Of a stretch of DNA of 64,000 nucleotides, positions 29,292 to 38,472 are shown in pieces. A program made the position numbers and the translations under genes. Positions within the stretch are counted from its first letter, which is position 1. Every line of letters starts with the position of its first letter. The DNA is taken from NCBI GenBank assembly GCA_963754315.1, contig CAVWFS010000019.1, positions 736,001 through 800,000 of the forward strand. Direction: 5' to 3'. Under the pieces are notes generated by a model. The model worked only from the letters and a program-made list of their open reading frames with translations, made no database searches and was not told the origin of the DNA. The stretch comes from an uncultured Candidatus Rokubacteria bacterium (GTDB taxonomy: Bacteria > Methylomirabilota > Methylomirabilia > Rokubacteriales > CSP1-6).

Positions 29292-31643
29292 TCACGCTGA
29301 CCGGTGGCGGAGCAGGTTGGCGAGGCGATCGGGGGTGAGAGGCAGGTCGCGGATCTCGAGGCCGAAGGAGGCGAGGGCGTCGGCGACGGCGTTGGCGACC
29401 GCGCCGGTGGCGCCGATGGTTCCTCCCTCCGCCATGCCTTTGAAGCCTGAGACGCTCACCGCGGGCGGCGTCTCCACGTGGATAAGAGTCATGGCCGGCA
29501 CCTCGCCGGCGCCCGGGATTATGTAATCCATGAAGCTCGTGGTAAGAGGCTGGCCCGTTTCGTCGTAGACGAAGTCTTCGTAGAGGGCATTGCCGATGCC
29601 CTGGGCCACCGCTCCCTGGAGCTGTCCTTCCACGATCATCGGATTGACCATCCGGCCGCAGTCTTCGACCACGACATAGCGCATGATCTCCACCTGACCT
29701 GTCTCGACATCCACCTCGACCATGGCCAGGTGCGTGCCGTTGGAGAAGGTGGCCGGAGGGGGGTCATAGTACTGAGTTGTTTCCAGGGCTGGATCCTCTC
29801 CCTCGGGCAGCGTCCCGCCCGCCGGATGATAGGCCAGACGCGCCACCTCGGTGACGGTAACGCTGCGGCCCGGCGCACCGCGCACCGCGATCGTTCCCGC
29901 GTCGATGACAAGATCAGTCGGTGCCGCCTCCAGCATGTGCCCCGCGATGCGCGCGATCTTGTCGCGAACGCGTCGGGCGGCAAGCACGAGCGCTCCTCCG
30001 CTCACCACAACGCTGCGGCTCGCGAAGGACCCGCTCCCGTACGGGCAGCGCTCGGTGTCGCCCTCGATGACCGTGACCGCCTCCAGGGCGACGCCCAGCT
30101 CGTCCGCGACGATTTGGGCCAGGGTGGTGGCGTGCCCCTGGCCCTGGGAGGCCGCGCTGACGAAGGCGCGCACCTCACCGGTCGGCTCGACGCGCACCGT
30201 TCCCGCGTCGTATCCCGAGACCTGGACCATGCCGCGACGTCGAAACATCCCCGAGCCCATGCCGGTGAACTCGGTGTAGGCGCAGAGGCCGATTCCCCGA
30301 TACCGTCCATTTGCACTGCGCTTCGGCCTCGGCCCGCAAATGGTCGTAGTCGGCCGCCTCGAGCGCACGCGCCAGTGAGGCAGCCGGATCGCCGCTGTCG
30401 AGGACAAGGCCGGTGAGTGGTGGCGAAAGGGCAGTTCGCGGGCATCGATGAAGTTGCGCCGCCGGACCTCGGCCGGATCGAGGCCCGTCCGCCGCGCCAC
30501 CATGTCGACGGCACGTTCGCGCACGAAGGTTCCCAGCGCCATCCCGACCCCCCGGTAGGCGCCGGTGGGGCACTTGTTCGTCGCCACCGCGTAGGTGTCG
30601 TAGGCGAGGGCGGGAATGCGATAGGGCCCCGGGAGGATGCCGGCCGCCGTGAGCGGTTCGAGCGACGAGGTGACGGGATACACGGAGTACGCGCCCGTAT
30701 CACAAATGAGGGTGGACCTGAGCGCGACGATCGTGCCATCCGGTCGGGCTCCAACCTCGATGTGGTTGACGTGGTCCCGCGCCTGCGTGCTCGCCAGGAG
30801 ATTCTCGCGACGATCCTCCAGCCACCGGAGGGGGCATCCCAGCCTCCGCGCGAGCGCCGCCACCACGATGTCCTCCGGATAGAGGTGCATCTTGGGGCCG
30901 AACCCGCCCCCGACGGCTGGGCACAGCACGCGCAGACGCGAGTCAGGCATGCCGAGTGCTTCTGCCAGTCCCGTGCGCAGCAGATGAGGCGTCTGAGTGG
31001 TAGCCCATACGGTCAAGCTGTCGTCGAGAGGGTCGAAGGCGGCCATGACACCCCGTCCCTCCATGGGGGCGGCGGTGCACCGCGCATGGCGGAACGTCTC
31101 TCGCAGTCGCACCTCCGCGGCCTCCAGCGCGAGGTTCACCTCTCCTTTCTCGTAGCGAGCGTGAAAGATGATGTTGTCGGCCAGCTCCTCGTGCAGGCGG
31201 GGTGCGTCCGCTCGCATACTGGCTTCGGCATCGACCACCGCCGCCAGCGGCTCATAGGTGACTCGAATCGCATCGAGGGCATCTTCTGCCAGGTAGCGGT
31301 CGCGGGCCACGACAGCAGCGACGGGCTCGCCCACGAAACGGACCTTGTCGAGGGCGAGCGGCGGCCACACGCTCTGCCTGTAACCAGGATCGTTCATCAC
31401 CGCTCGAATGGAGTGAATGCTGCTGCGAAGGTCGGCGCCGGTCACGACTGCCTCCACCCCCGGGATACGAAGGGCGCCGCTGGTGTCGATCGCCACCAGG
31501 CGGGCGTGAGCGTGGGGACTTCTCAGAAAGGCCACGACCCGCAGGCCGGGCACGCGCATGTCGCCCATGAACCGAGCCTGACCCTTCAGAAGCGGTGGGT
31601 CTTCCGTCCGCTTGACGTTGCTGCTCACGTAGCGAGTAGGCAT
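29292..31643 (-). CDS. Xanthine dehydrogenase-family molybdopterin-binding large subunit (CoxL-like, AYRGVG loop); three compensating +1 insertions at 30330-30430
   Basis: RSPHAHA, VGGGFGPK, AYRGVG, SQGQGH, GSFASR, GGTIG; the segment LTGLVLDSGDP...ADYDHLR lies in another frame within the ORF. Confidence 0.9.
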   Translation of the reverse strand: MPTRYVSSNVKRTEDPPLLKGQARFMGDMRVPGLRVVAFLRSPHAHARLVAIDTSGALRIPGVEAVVTGADLRSSIHSIRAVMNDPGYRQSVWPPLALDKVRFVGEPVAAVVARDRYLAEDALDAIRVTYEPLAAVVDAEASMRADAPRLHEELADNIIFHARYEKGEVNLALEAAEVRLRETFRHARCTAAPMEGRGVMAAFDPLDDSLTVWATTQTPHLLRTGLAEALGMPDSRLRVLCPAVGGGFGPKMHLYPEDIVVAALARRLGCPLRWLEDRRENLLASTQARDHVNHIEVGARPDGTIVALRSTLICDTGAYSVYPVTSSLEPLTAAGILPGPYRIPALAYDTYAVATNKCPTGAYRGVGMALGTFVRERAVDMVARRTGLDPAEVRRRNFIDARELPFRHHSPALSSTAAIRLPHWRVRSRRPTTTICGPRPKRSANGRYRGIGLCAYTEFTGMGSGMFRRRGMVQVSGYDAGTVRVEPTGEVRAFVSAASQGQGHATTLAQIVADELGVALEAVTVIEGDTERCPYGSGSFASRSVVVSGGALVLAARRVRDKIARIAGHMLEAAPTDLVIDAGTIAVRGAPGRSVTVTEVARLAYHPAGGTLPEGEDPALETTQYYDPPPATFSNGTHLAMVEVDVETGQVEIMRYVVVEDCGRMVNPMIVEGQLQGAVAQGIGNALYEDFVYDETGQPLTTSFMDYIIPGAGEVPAMTLIHVETPPAVSVSGFKGMAEGGTIGATGAVANAVADALASFGLEIRDLPLTPDRLANLLRHRSA

Positions 31644-31669
31644 CAGCAACTACGGCCCTTCGAGGACCG

Positions 31670-31745
31670 GCCTTACCGCGGCCGGTGAGCAACCGCGCAT
31701 CTTCCTTACGGAGGATCGATTTGCCGAAAGTCCGGAATCCGTCAC
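31670..31745 (-). pseudogene. Stub of the N-terminus of a second Mo-hydroxylase large subunit
   Basis: Encodes FRTFGKSILRKEDARLLTGRG, the family's N-terminal motif, immediately before the intact gene that has its own version (VKRTEDPPLLKGQ). Confidence 0.6.
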
Positions 31746-32773
31746 GCGTAGTCTTTCCCGAGACGGAAGATGCGGGCGGCGTTCCCGCCGACGATGGCGG
31801 CCTGCGCCTCCGCAGCGAGGCCAGCCGCACGCACAATGGCGAGAGGCTCAGGATCGCCCAGCCAGAACGGATGGTCGCTGCCGAGCACGACACGGTCCTC
31901 GCCAACCGTCTGCACCAGATAGGCCAGCGCGGGAGGATGCTGCACGAGCGTGTCGTAGTAGAAACGCCGCAGGTAACTGCTCGGCAGCTGTGCGCCGTCG
32001 ATGCGTGCTTCCGGACGAGCCTGGTGGCCACGATCGAAGCGGCCGATGTGATATGGCAAGAAGCCGCCGCCGTGCACGAGGACGACGTCGAGCGTCGTGA
32101 AGCGATCGAGCGTACCCCCTAGAATGAGGCTGGCGGCGGCCAGCGTCGTCTCGAAGGGGTAGCCGACGAGATTGTGCAGATAGTGGCGACCATAGCGCTC
32201 GACGGCCTCGAGCAGGAAGGGATGCAGGACGACGGGGACGGCGAGCTCGGCGGCCGCCCGCCAGAACGGGTCGAAGGCTCGATCACCAAGGTGACGACCG
32301 AGCGCATTGGGATCGATCATGGCCCCGCGCAGTCCGAAGGACGTCACCGCCACCCGCAGCTCGTCGGCGGCGCGCTGCGGGTCCTGGAGCGGCACCGTGG
32401 CCAGCCCCGCATGAGAGCCCCCCTTCTCGGCAAGGGAAACGGCCAGCGCCTCATTCTGCAGGCGGCTCCACGCGGCGGCCTGGGCGGGCGGGAGCGCGTA
32501 GCCAGCCACGTCCATGAGCGGGCCGAAAACCGCCGTGTCGATGCCCTGGGCGTCGAGGAAGGCGAGGTGACGTTCGAGCGAGTAGAGCGCGGGCAGCAGA
32601 GGGCGGGTCGGCGACTCGGTTCCAATCTGCAACCGCGGATGCTCCGCGTCGTCGAGAACACGCACGCCATAGTGGCCGGGGGAGCGGCGGACTGTCTCGA
32701 TGGCACCAGGTGACAGCACGTGGATGTGCACATCGACGACCACGGCACCGACAGGGTTCGAGGCCCGACTCAT
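31742..32773 (-). CDS. Amidohydrolase 2 family (ACMSD-like decarboxylase/hydratase)
   Basis: DVHIH, VVLHP, VHGGGFLPY, FYYDT and LGSDHPF. Confidence 0.9.
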   Translation of the reverse strand: MSRASNPVGAVVVDVHIHVLSPGAIETVRRSPGHYGVRVLDDAEHPRLQIGTESPTRPLLPALYSLERHLAFLDAQGIDTAVFGPLMDVAGYALPPAQAAAWSRLQNEALAVSLAEKGGSHAGLATVPLQDPQRAADELRVAVTSFGLRGAMIDPNALGRHLGDRAFDPFWRAAAELAVPVVLHPFLLEAVERYGRHYLHNLVGYPFETTLAAASLILGGTLDRFTTLDVVLVHGGGFLPYHIGRFDRGHQARPEARIDGAQLPSSYLRRFYYDTLVQHPPALAYLVQTVGEDRVVLGSDHPFWLGDPEPLAIVRAAGLAAEAQAAIVGGNAARIFRLGKDYA

Positions 32774-32893
32774 GTCACCGCATTGTGCGCGGCGCTGGAC
32801 GCGCCCTTCGTCACCGCCGACCAGCGTCTGACCCGCGCCCTGCGTGGAATCGGCGCCGGTAGTATCTACCTCGGTACCCTCTCCCGAGCCTGA
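32771..32893 (+). pseudogene. C-terminal remnant of a PIN-domain (VapC-like) toxin
   Basis: Translates HVTALCAALDAPFVTADQRLTRAL..., matching the PIN C-terminal pattern ALAxxLxxPLVTADxRL; no N-terminal part is present. Confidence 0.5.
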
Positions 32894-32926
32894 GCGCAGT
32901 CGGGCCGTTGAGGTTGGCGAGAGCCA

Positions 32927-33562
32927 CTATTCGAGGATCTCCACCTTGACCGGTGTGCAGCGGTAGGCGTTGCAGGGCGCCAGCGCGTCGAGGGGGCAGT
33001 TGGAGAAGCCGACGATGCAGTCCATCTCGGCACGGAACTCGATGTAGTCTCCCGGCTTCGACACCGGCGCCCCGATGACCCAGCGCCCGCGCGCGCAGTC
33101 GTGGTGGTAGTTCATGAAGAGGTCCATGGTGTCGGGGATGTCCTCGGGGAGGATCCCGTAGGGCGCGACAGCATTCGCGATGTTCTCGTGGCAGCCGTCG
33201 CGCGGACCAAGTCCATAGGACTCGTAGAGAAACCGGTTGCACATGCGGTTGTGGGTATCGTGAACCCCCTTCGGCTCCGGTGTCTCCTTGACGATCGTCA
33301 TCAGGGGGCGGCAGATCGTCGACATGAGCGTGTCGCCCTCGACGAGCTTGTCGCGCGGTACATACTCCGCCCCTGGCGTGGGGAGGTACCGCGTGCGCGA
33401 GTAAGACGTCGACAGCTTTTCGCGGGGGTTGGCGGCATTGAACACCGCCATGTCGACGACCTGCTGGCCTTCGAGATCGGTCACCCGCAGATGCTGCCCG
33501 TGGCGGATGGTCAGCGCGAATCCCTGCTTGGGCGGGATGACCTGCTCGAGCACGACACGCAT
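32927..33562 (-). CDS. Urea carboxylase-associated family (DUF1989) protein
   Basis: DLEGQQVVD, GVHD..C, GCHEN, SKPGDYIEFRAEMD and SNCP. Confidence 0.88.
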   Translation of the reverse strand: MRVVLEQVIPPKQGFALTIRHGQHLRVTDLEGQQVVDMAVFNAANPREKLSTSYSRTRYLPTPGAEYVPRDKLVEGDTLMSTICRPLMTIVKETPEPKGVHDTHNRMCNRFLYESYGLGPRDGCHENIANAVAPYGILPEDIPDTMDLFMNYHHDCARGRWVIGAPVSKPGDYIEFRAEMDCIVGFSNCPLDALAPCNAYRCTPVKVEILE

Positions 33563-33578
33563 CGGACGGCGCCCGATC

Positions 33579-34374
33579 TCAGTCGAGGAGGGCTTTGCGC
33601 TGCCCGCCGTCGAGGGTGATGATCGCTCCGTTCATGAAGCTCGCGCGCTCCGAGGCCACGAACACGGCCACGTTGGCGACCTCCTCCGGCGTGCAGATGC
33701 GGCCAAGGGGGATGCTCAGCTCCGCCCGCTTCTGCGCCTCGTCGACGGGGATCCGACGGATGCGGGCGATACCCGAGATGAGCCCGTCCCAGCGCTCGGT
33801 GGCCACCGGGCCGGGGTTGATCGCGTTGATGCAGATGTTCTGACGGCCATACTGCTCGGCGAGGGCAACGGTGACGGCGAGGTCGGCGGCATTGGCTGCG
33901 CTCGGCGTCAGCTCGATGCCAATGGGCTTCACGCCGTCGTTGCCGACGATATTCACGATTCGCCCGCCGCCCTGCTTGAGCATCTGAGGAATGACGGCCT
34001 TCATGCAGCGAACGTATCCCATGAATTTGAGCTGGAGGGCTTTCTGCCAGTCCTCTTCACTGAGGTCGAGGAGCAGGCCGCCGGGCGCGGCCCCCGCATT
34101 GTTCACCAGGATATCGATGCGTCCGAAGCGCGCCACGGCGGCATCGACGATCTTCTGGACATCTGCCTGCCGCGTGAGGTCGCCGGCCACCCCGAACACA
34201 TCGCTTCCGGTTTCCTTGGCGAGCGAGGCCGCCGTCTCGTCGAGCTCGCTCTGGGTGCGCGCACAGATCGCCACCTTGGCGCCCTCGTGGGCCAGGCCTC
34301 GCGCCACGGCCTTCCCGATCCCCTTGCTGCCACCGGTAACGAGCGCCACTTTGCCCTTCAGAGCCGAGATCCAT
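33579..34374 (-). CDS. Short-chain dehydrogenase/reductase; +1 insertion near 34362
   Basis: TGGSKGIG, NNAG and DGG; removing one base gives the canonical start MDLGLKGKVALVTGG. Confidence 0.88.
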
Positions 34375-34447
34375 GGCATTGGCTCCTTTGTCGCTGTGGC
34401 CGCGTTGGCAACCTAGACAAGCGACCACCGATTGTCAATCGTCCCTC

Positions 34448-35446
34448 TCAGCGTTGTAACAGAGGGAGCACTTCACGTCCGAACATCTCGACGGTGCGCT
34501 GCGGGTCGGCGGCGAGGCTCACGGTGAACATCAGCTGCGTCGCGCCCGCGGCGATGGCCGCGCGTGTCTGCTCAACGCAGTCTGCCGGAGTTCCGGCCAC
34601 CGCCAGGCGTCCACGCAAGTAGTCGAAGAGGCCGAGCCGCTTCACCAGGGTCGGGTCCATGGCCCGCTGCTTGGTGGTGTAGGTCGCGCGCAGCTGTCGC
34701 ATCGCCGGCACCAATTCCGGAGGAACGCCCCGCCCCGGAGGATCGGGCCCGAGGACGTAGGCCGCGACGAAGCCAAGGATGTTTCCGAGCTTCTCGAAGG
34801 CGGTTTCCCGCCGTTCGCTCACATCAAGACAGGCTACGTACCAGAGATCGATCTCGCGGATCAGTCTGCCACCCTCGCGTGCTCCCTCGTGCACGAGGGC
34901 CGCCACCCGACTGACGTGCTCGTGCTGCAACCCATGGTTCACGAACGCGCCATCGGCAGCGACCCCCACCGTGCGAAGAGCGCCCGGGCCGGACGCGGCG
35001 GCATACACCGGAATGTGTCGGCCCAGCCCGGGTAGGTGCGCGGCTTCGCCCTGCCACGACGCGGGCTCCCCGCGCAGCACCGATCGCAAGAACGTGACGC
35101 CCTCGCGCAGGGCGCTCACGCCGGATGGAGCGGCGCCGACGTTGGCGACCCCACTGTGCCCAGCGCCAACCCCAAGGATCGAGCGTCCACCCGAGACCAG
35201 ATCGACCGACGCCGCCGCCGAGGCGGTAATCGACGGGTGCCGGGTCACGAGGTTGGTCACACAGGTGGCCAGCCGGATACGCGAGGTGGCCGACGCCGCC
35301 AGGGTCATGGCCACCCACGGGTCCATGGCGTTGCCGGGCGTGTCGGCGATGCCGATCAGGTCGAAGCCGAGATCCTCGCCGAGGCGCGCCATGCGCACCG
35401 TGTACTCGGGGGTGTAGGGCCAGAAGAAGAAGCCGACCTTGGCCAC
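34448..35446 (-). CDS. LLM-class oxidoreductase (Mer-like)
   Basis: GFDLIGIAD, VTNLVTRHP, SGGRSILGVGAG and AASGP. Confidence 0.88.
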   Translation of the reverse strand: MAKVGFFFWPYTPEYTVRMARLGEDLGFDLIGIADTPGNAMDPWVAMTLAASATSRIRLATCVTNLVTRHPSITASAAASVDLVSGGRSILGVGAGHSGVANVGAAPSGVSALREGVTFLRSVLRGEPASWQGEAAHLPGLGRHIPVYAAASGPGALRTVGVAADGAFVNHGLQHEHVSRVAALVHEGAREGGRLIREIDLWYVACLDVSERRETAFEKLGNILGFVAAYVLGPDPPGRGVPPELVPAMRQLRATYTTKQRAMDPTLVKRLGLFDYLRGRLAVAGTPADCVEQTRAAIAAGATQLMFTVSLAADPQRTVEMFGREVLPLLQR

Positions 35447-35448
35447 GG

Positions 35449-36684
35449 TTAAGGTTTGGCCGGCGGATAATCGCGGCTATACGCCGGTTGCTTCAGAAAC
35501 TCCGCTGGCGGATAGGTCCAGAACTGCGACACCATCGGATAGGTGTGGATCACGGTGTTCACGAGCTTGCCGCCCACCTTGTCGACCCGCAGGATATAGA
35601 CGTTCTCAGTAGGGTTGCCGTACTCGTCGAGCTTGATCGGGCCGCGTGGGTCGGGAGTGGTCTCGATGGCCCGCCGGATGGCGGTGACGAACTTCTCTCG
35701 GTCCTCGACCTGGCCTCCTAGCGATTTCGCCGCCTCCGTGACCCAGCGTCCCGAGCTGTACATGACCGCGTGAAAATAGGCTGGTGTTCGCCCGAACTTG
35801 GCCTCGGCCAGCTTCATGAAAGTCTGATTGGCAGGATTCTGAAGAGTCGGGCTCCACAGGAGAGCGCTGACCACGCCTACCGCCTCGTCGCCCATGCCCC
35901 GCAGCGCGCTTTCGTCGGTCATGACCCCGGTGCCGATGAGGGGCAGTCGGCCCTTGAGCCCGGACTCGCCGTACTGCTTGACGAAGCGCACGGCCTGTCC
36001 GGCCACGAAGACGGCGCACACAGCATCGACGTCCTTGGGGATCTGCGCCAGGTACGGCCCGAAATCGAGGGCGTTGAGGGGCACCCAGACCCTCTGCACC
36101 ACGCGGCCGCCGTTGTCCTCGAACACACGCTGAAAGCCGCCGATCTGCTCGTGCCCGAAGGGATTGTCCATCGCCACCACCGCCACCCGGCGGTACTTGA
36201 GCGTCTTCGCAGCGTAGTCGCCGAGCGGATGCATGATCTGGCTTGCCGCGAAATTCGATCGCAGGATCCACTTGGCGATCTTCCGCTTGGTGAGGTCGTC
36301 GGGACTGGTCAGGAACAGGGTCGGCAGCTGGTCGCGCTCGATCAAGGGGACCAGCCCGTAGCCGATGTGGGAGAGGAGGACCCCCGTGAGGACGTTGACC
36401 CGGTCTTGGGTCACCAGCTTGCGATACTTGGCCACCGCGGTCGTCGGGATGCCTTCCGTATCGTCATCGAACAGCTCGATCTTGCGCCCTGCCACCTGAT
36501 AATTCGTCTGTTCGAACGAGAGTTTGAGACCGTCGAGCATGTCCTTGCCGGCCTGAGCGAAGATTCCGGTGAGCGGACCGAGGAAACCCACGCGGATCGT
36601 CTCCTGAGCGGGCGCGGGGGACGTGACGAACAGCGCGAGAGGGAGCACGAACGCCAAGGGGAGCGTGAAGCGGAGCGATCTCAT
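35449..36684 (-). CDS. Branched-chain amino acid-family ABC substrate-binding protein
   Basis: Signal peptide, IRVGFLGPLTG, GRKIEL and PRGPIKLD. Confidence 0.88.
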   Translation of the reverse strand: MRSLRFTLPLAFVLPLALFVTSPAPAQETIRVGFLGPLTGIFAQAGKDMLDGLKLSFEQTNYQVAGRKIELFDDDTEGIPTTAVAKYRKLVTQDRVNVLTGVLLSHIGYGLVPLIERDQLPTLFLTSPDDLTKRKIAKWILRSNFAASQIMHPLGDYAAKTLKYRRVAVVAMDNPFGHEQIGGFQRVFEDNGGRVVQRVWVPLNALDFGPYLAQIPKDVDAVCAVFVAGQAVRFVKQYGESGLKGRLPLIGTGVMTDESALRGMGDEAVGVVSALLWSPTLQNPANQTFMKLAEAKFGRTPAYFHAVMYSSGRWVTEAAKSLGGQVEDREKFVTAIRRAIETTPDPRGPIKLDEYGNPTENVYILRVDKVGGKLVNTVIHTYPMVSQFWTYPPAEFLKQPAYSRDYPPAKP

Positions 36685-36795
36685 GCGAGCCTCCTTGCTG
36701 GTGGGCGACGACCGAACGGCGCCTTACGCTACCTGCTCGCCTCGCCCAGGGTCAAGGGCGGTCCTGCTCGGGGGAAGTGTGGTATTCCTCGCGTC

Positions 36796-37638
36796 ATGAC
36801 AAATGTGGGTTTGGTTGGACTCGGGCTGCTGGGGCATGCGCTCGCCACACGCTTGCGCGCGGCGGGGCACACGGTGATCGGGTATGACGTGTTACCGGAG
36901 CGGCGAGACGCCCTGGTGGCGCTGGGGGGCGTCGCGACCTCCGCCGCGGCCGAGGTCGCGACGCGCACCGAGGCCGTCTGCATCGTGCTGCCCTCCTTGG
37001 CCGTGGTGGAAGAGGTCATCACCACCCTGGATGCGGCGCGCGTGGTGATCCAAATGAGCACGATCTCCCCAGGTCTCACGGAACGCCTCGCGCGGTTGAC
37101 CGGGGAGCGAGGGCAAGCCTTCCTCGATTGTCCAGTGAGCGGGACGGCGGGCATGGTGGCGCGCGGCGACGGCGTCATTTTCGTGGGGGGAGAACACGCG
37201 ATCTACGAGCGCTGGCGACCCATACTGGAGGCTATGTTGCCGCGGGTGGTCCATGTGGGGCAGGCGGGCCAGGCCATGACCCTCAAGCTCGTGGCCAATC
37301 TGCTCGTTGGCGTGCACAGCGCCGCCGCCGCCGAGGCTCTGGCCATGGCGCGCCGGGCCGGGCTCGATATGAGCATCGCCTTTGATGTCCTGACCTCGGG
37401 CGCGGCCGGGTCGCGAATGCTGGAAGTGCGCGGCCCAATGATGATCCGCGACGAGTTTCCGCCCCAGATGAAGCTCGACCTCTTCATGAAAGACCTTCAC
37501 CTCATCCAGGCGGCGGCCCGTGAGGTCGGCGCCGCAACTCCTCTCACTGATGTGGCTGAACGTCTGTACGCGGCAGTTCACGATCGTGGGCACGGCGGCC
37601 AAGATCTCGCCGCCGTCGTGAAGGCGTTGGATCCATGA
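36796..37638 (+). CDS. 3-hydroxyisobutyrate/beta-hydroxyacid dehydrogenase-family oxidoreductase
   Basis: VGLVGLGLLG, MSTISP, DCPVSG, KLVAN and KDL. Confidence 0.9.
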   Translation: MTNVGLVGLGLLGHALATRLRAAGHTVIGYDVLPERRDALVALGGVATSAAAEVATRTEAVCIVLPSLAVVEEVITTLDAARVVIQMSTISPGLTERLARLTGERGQAFLDCPVSGTAGMVARGDGVIFVGGEHAIYERWRPILEAMLPRVVHVGQAGQAMTLKLVANLLVGVHSAAAAEALAMARRAGLDMSIAFDVLTSGAAGSRMLEVRGPMMIRDEFPPQMKLDLFMKDLHLIQAAAREVGAATPLTDVAERLYAAVHDRGHGGQDLAAVVKALDP

Positions 37639-37997
37639 GCAAGGTGCTGGTCAAGAGCGCGTGGGGATCTGACGATCCGACCAAGGCCGCCTTCGCCTTT
37701 CTGCATGGCAACGCGCTGGCCGAAGCCGGTCACGAAGTTCAGATCTTTCTGCTCGGCGAGGCCGTCTCCTTGATGCGAGCACCAGTCGCGAACGCCGTGG
37801 TGCCCGTCGGCTGGCCGCCCTTGGCGGAGACCTTACAAACGACGGTAACGCTTGGCATTCCCATTCACGTCTGAGGCGCATGCTCCAGGGCCCGGGGGGT
37901 CCTCGAGTCAGACCTGTCAGGAAAGAACGCCGCCTTCGCCAACCCCTCGATCCTGGTAGGCCTGATCGAGTGGGCCGACAAACTCCTCACGGAGTGA
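37635..37997 (+). CDS. DsrE/DsrF-like protein, probable selenoprotein (UxxC; TGA 37872-37874), 120 aa
   Basis: DDPTKA..F...A...GHEVQIFLLGEAV; read-through gives IHV-U-GACSRARGVLESDL...LIEWADKLLTE, matching the family motif CxxCxxARG. Confidence 0.88.
37875..37910 (+). promoter_or_regulatory. Putative SECIS hairpin of the DsrE-like gene
   Basis: Stem AGGGCCC (37887-37893) / GGGTCCT (37897-37903), loop GGG starting 20 nt after the TGA; lower stem CTC/GAG. Confidence 0.7.
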
Positions 37998-38041
37998 CGA
38001 GCGACCGTGAGCGTCGGCTCAATGACGGTGCCCCGCCTATG

Positions 38042-38470
38042 TCAGGAGCAGCAATCTCCGTCGGCCCCGCCGGCGATCTTACGGGGCTCCACCAGCTCGA
38101 GCCGGGTATCGTCGGGCCCGCGCAGGAAGGCGATGCGGCCGCCGTTCGGGTTCTGAATGGGCCCTTCGAGCAACGCCGCGCCCAGCCCCTGTAGGCGGGC
38201 GATGTCGGCCTCGATGTCCGTCGAGTCGAAGCCGAAGTGCTCGAGGCCATGGTGGGGGTTGGCGTCTCCCGGCCCCAGCTTCTCGCCGGTGCGTGCCCCC
38301 GAGATGTTCACGGCGAGGCCCCCACCTTCGCTCATGCAGCGTACGAAGCGATCGCCGAACACGCGAGTCTCGTCGTTGACGATGGTGAAGTTGAAGGCCC
38401 GCACGTACCACTCGGCGGTCTGGCGGGGGTCGGGGGATTTCAGATGGATGTGATTGATCCGGTACGGCAT
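38042..38470 (-). CDS. VOC-family protein with C-terminal CCS
   Basis: INHIHL, GLEHFGF and AFLRGPDDTRLELVE. Confidence 0.85.
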   Translation of the reverse strand: MPYRINHIHLKSPDPRQTAEWYVRAFNFTIVNDETRVFGDRFVRCMSEGGGLAVNISGARTGEKLGPGDANPHHGLEHFGFDSTDIEADIARLQGLGAALLEGPIQNPNGGRIAFLRGPDDTRLELVEPRKIAGGADGDCCS

Positions 38471-38472
38471 GG

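Noticed and set aside
29292..31643. True (form I) aerobic CO dehydrogenase
   Set aside because: Lacks the AYXCSFR loop and has no adjacent coxM/coxS.
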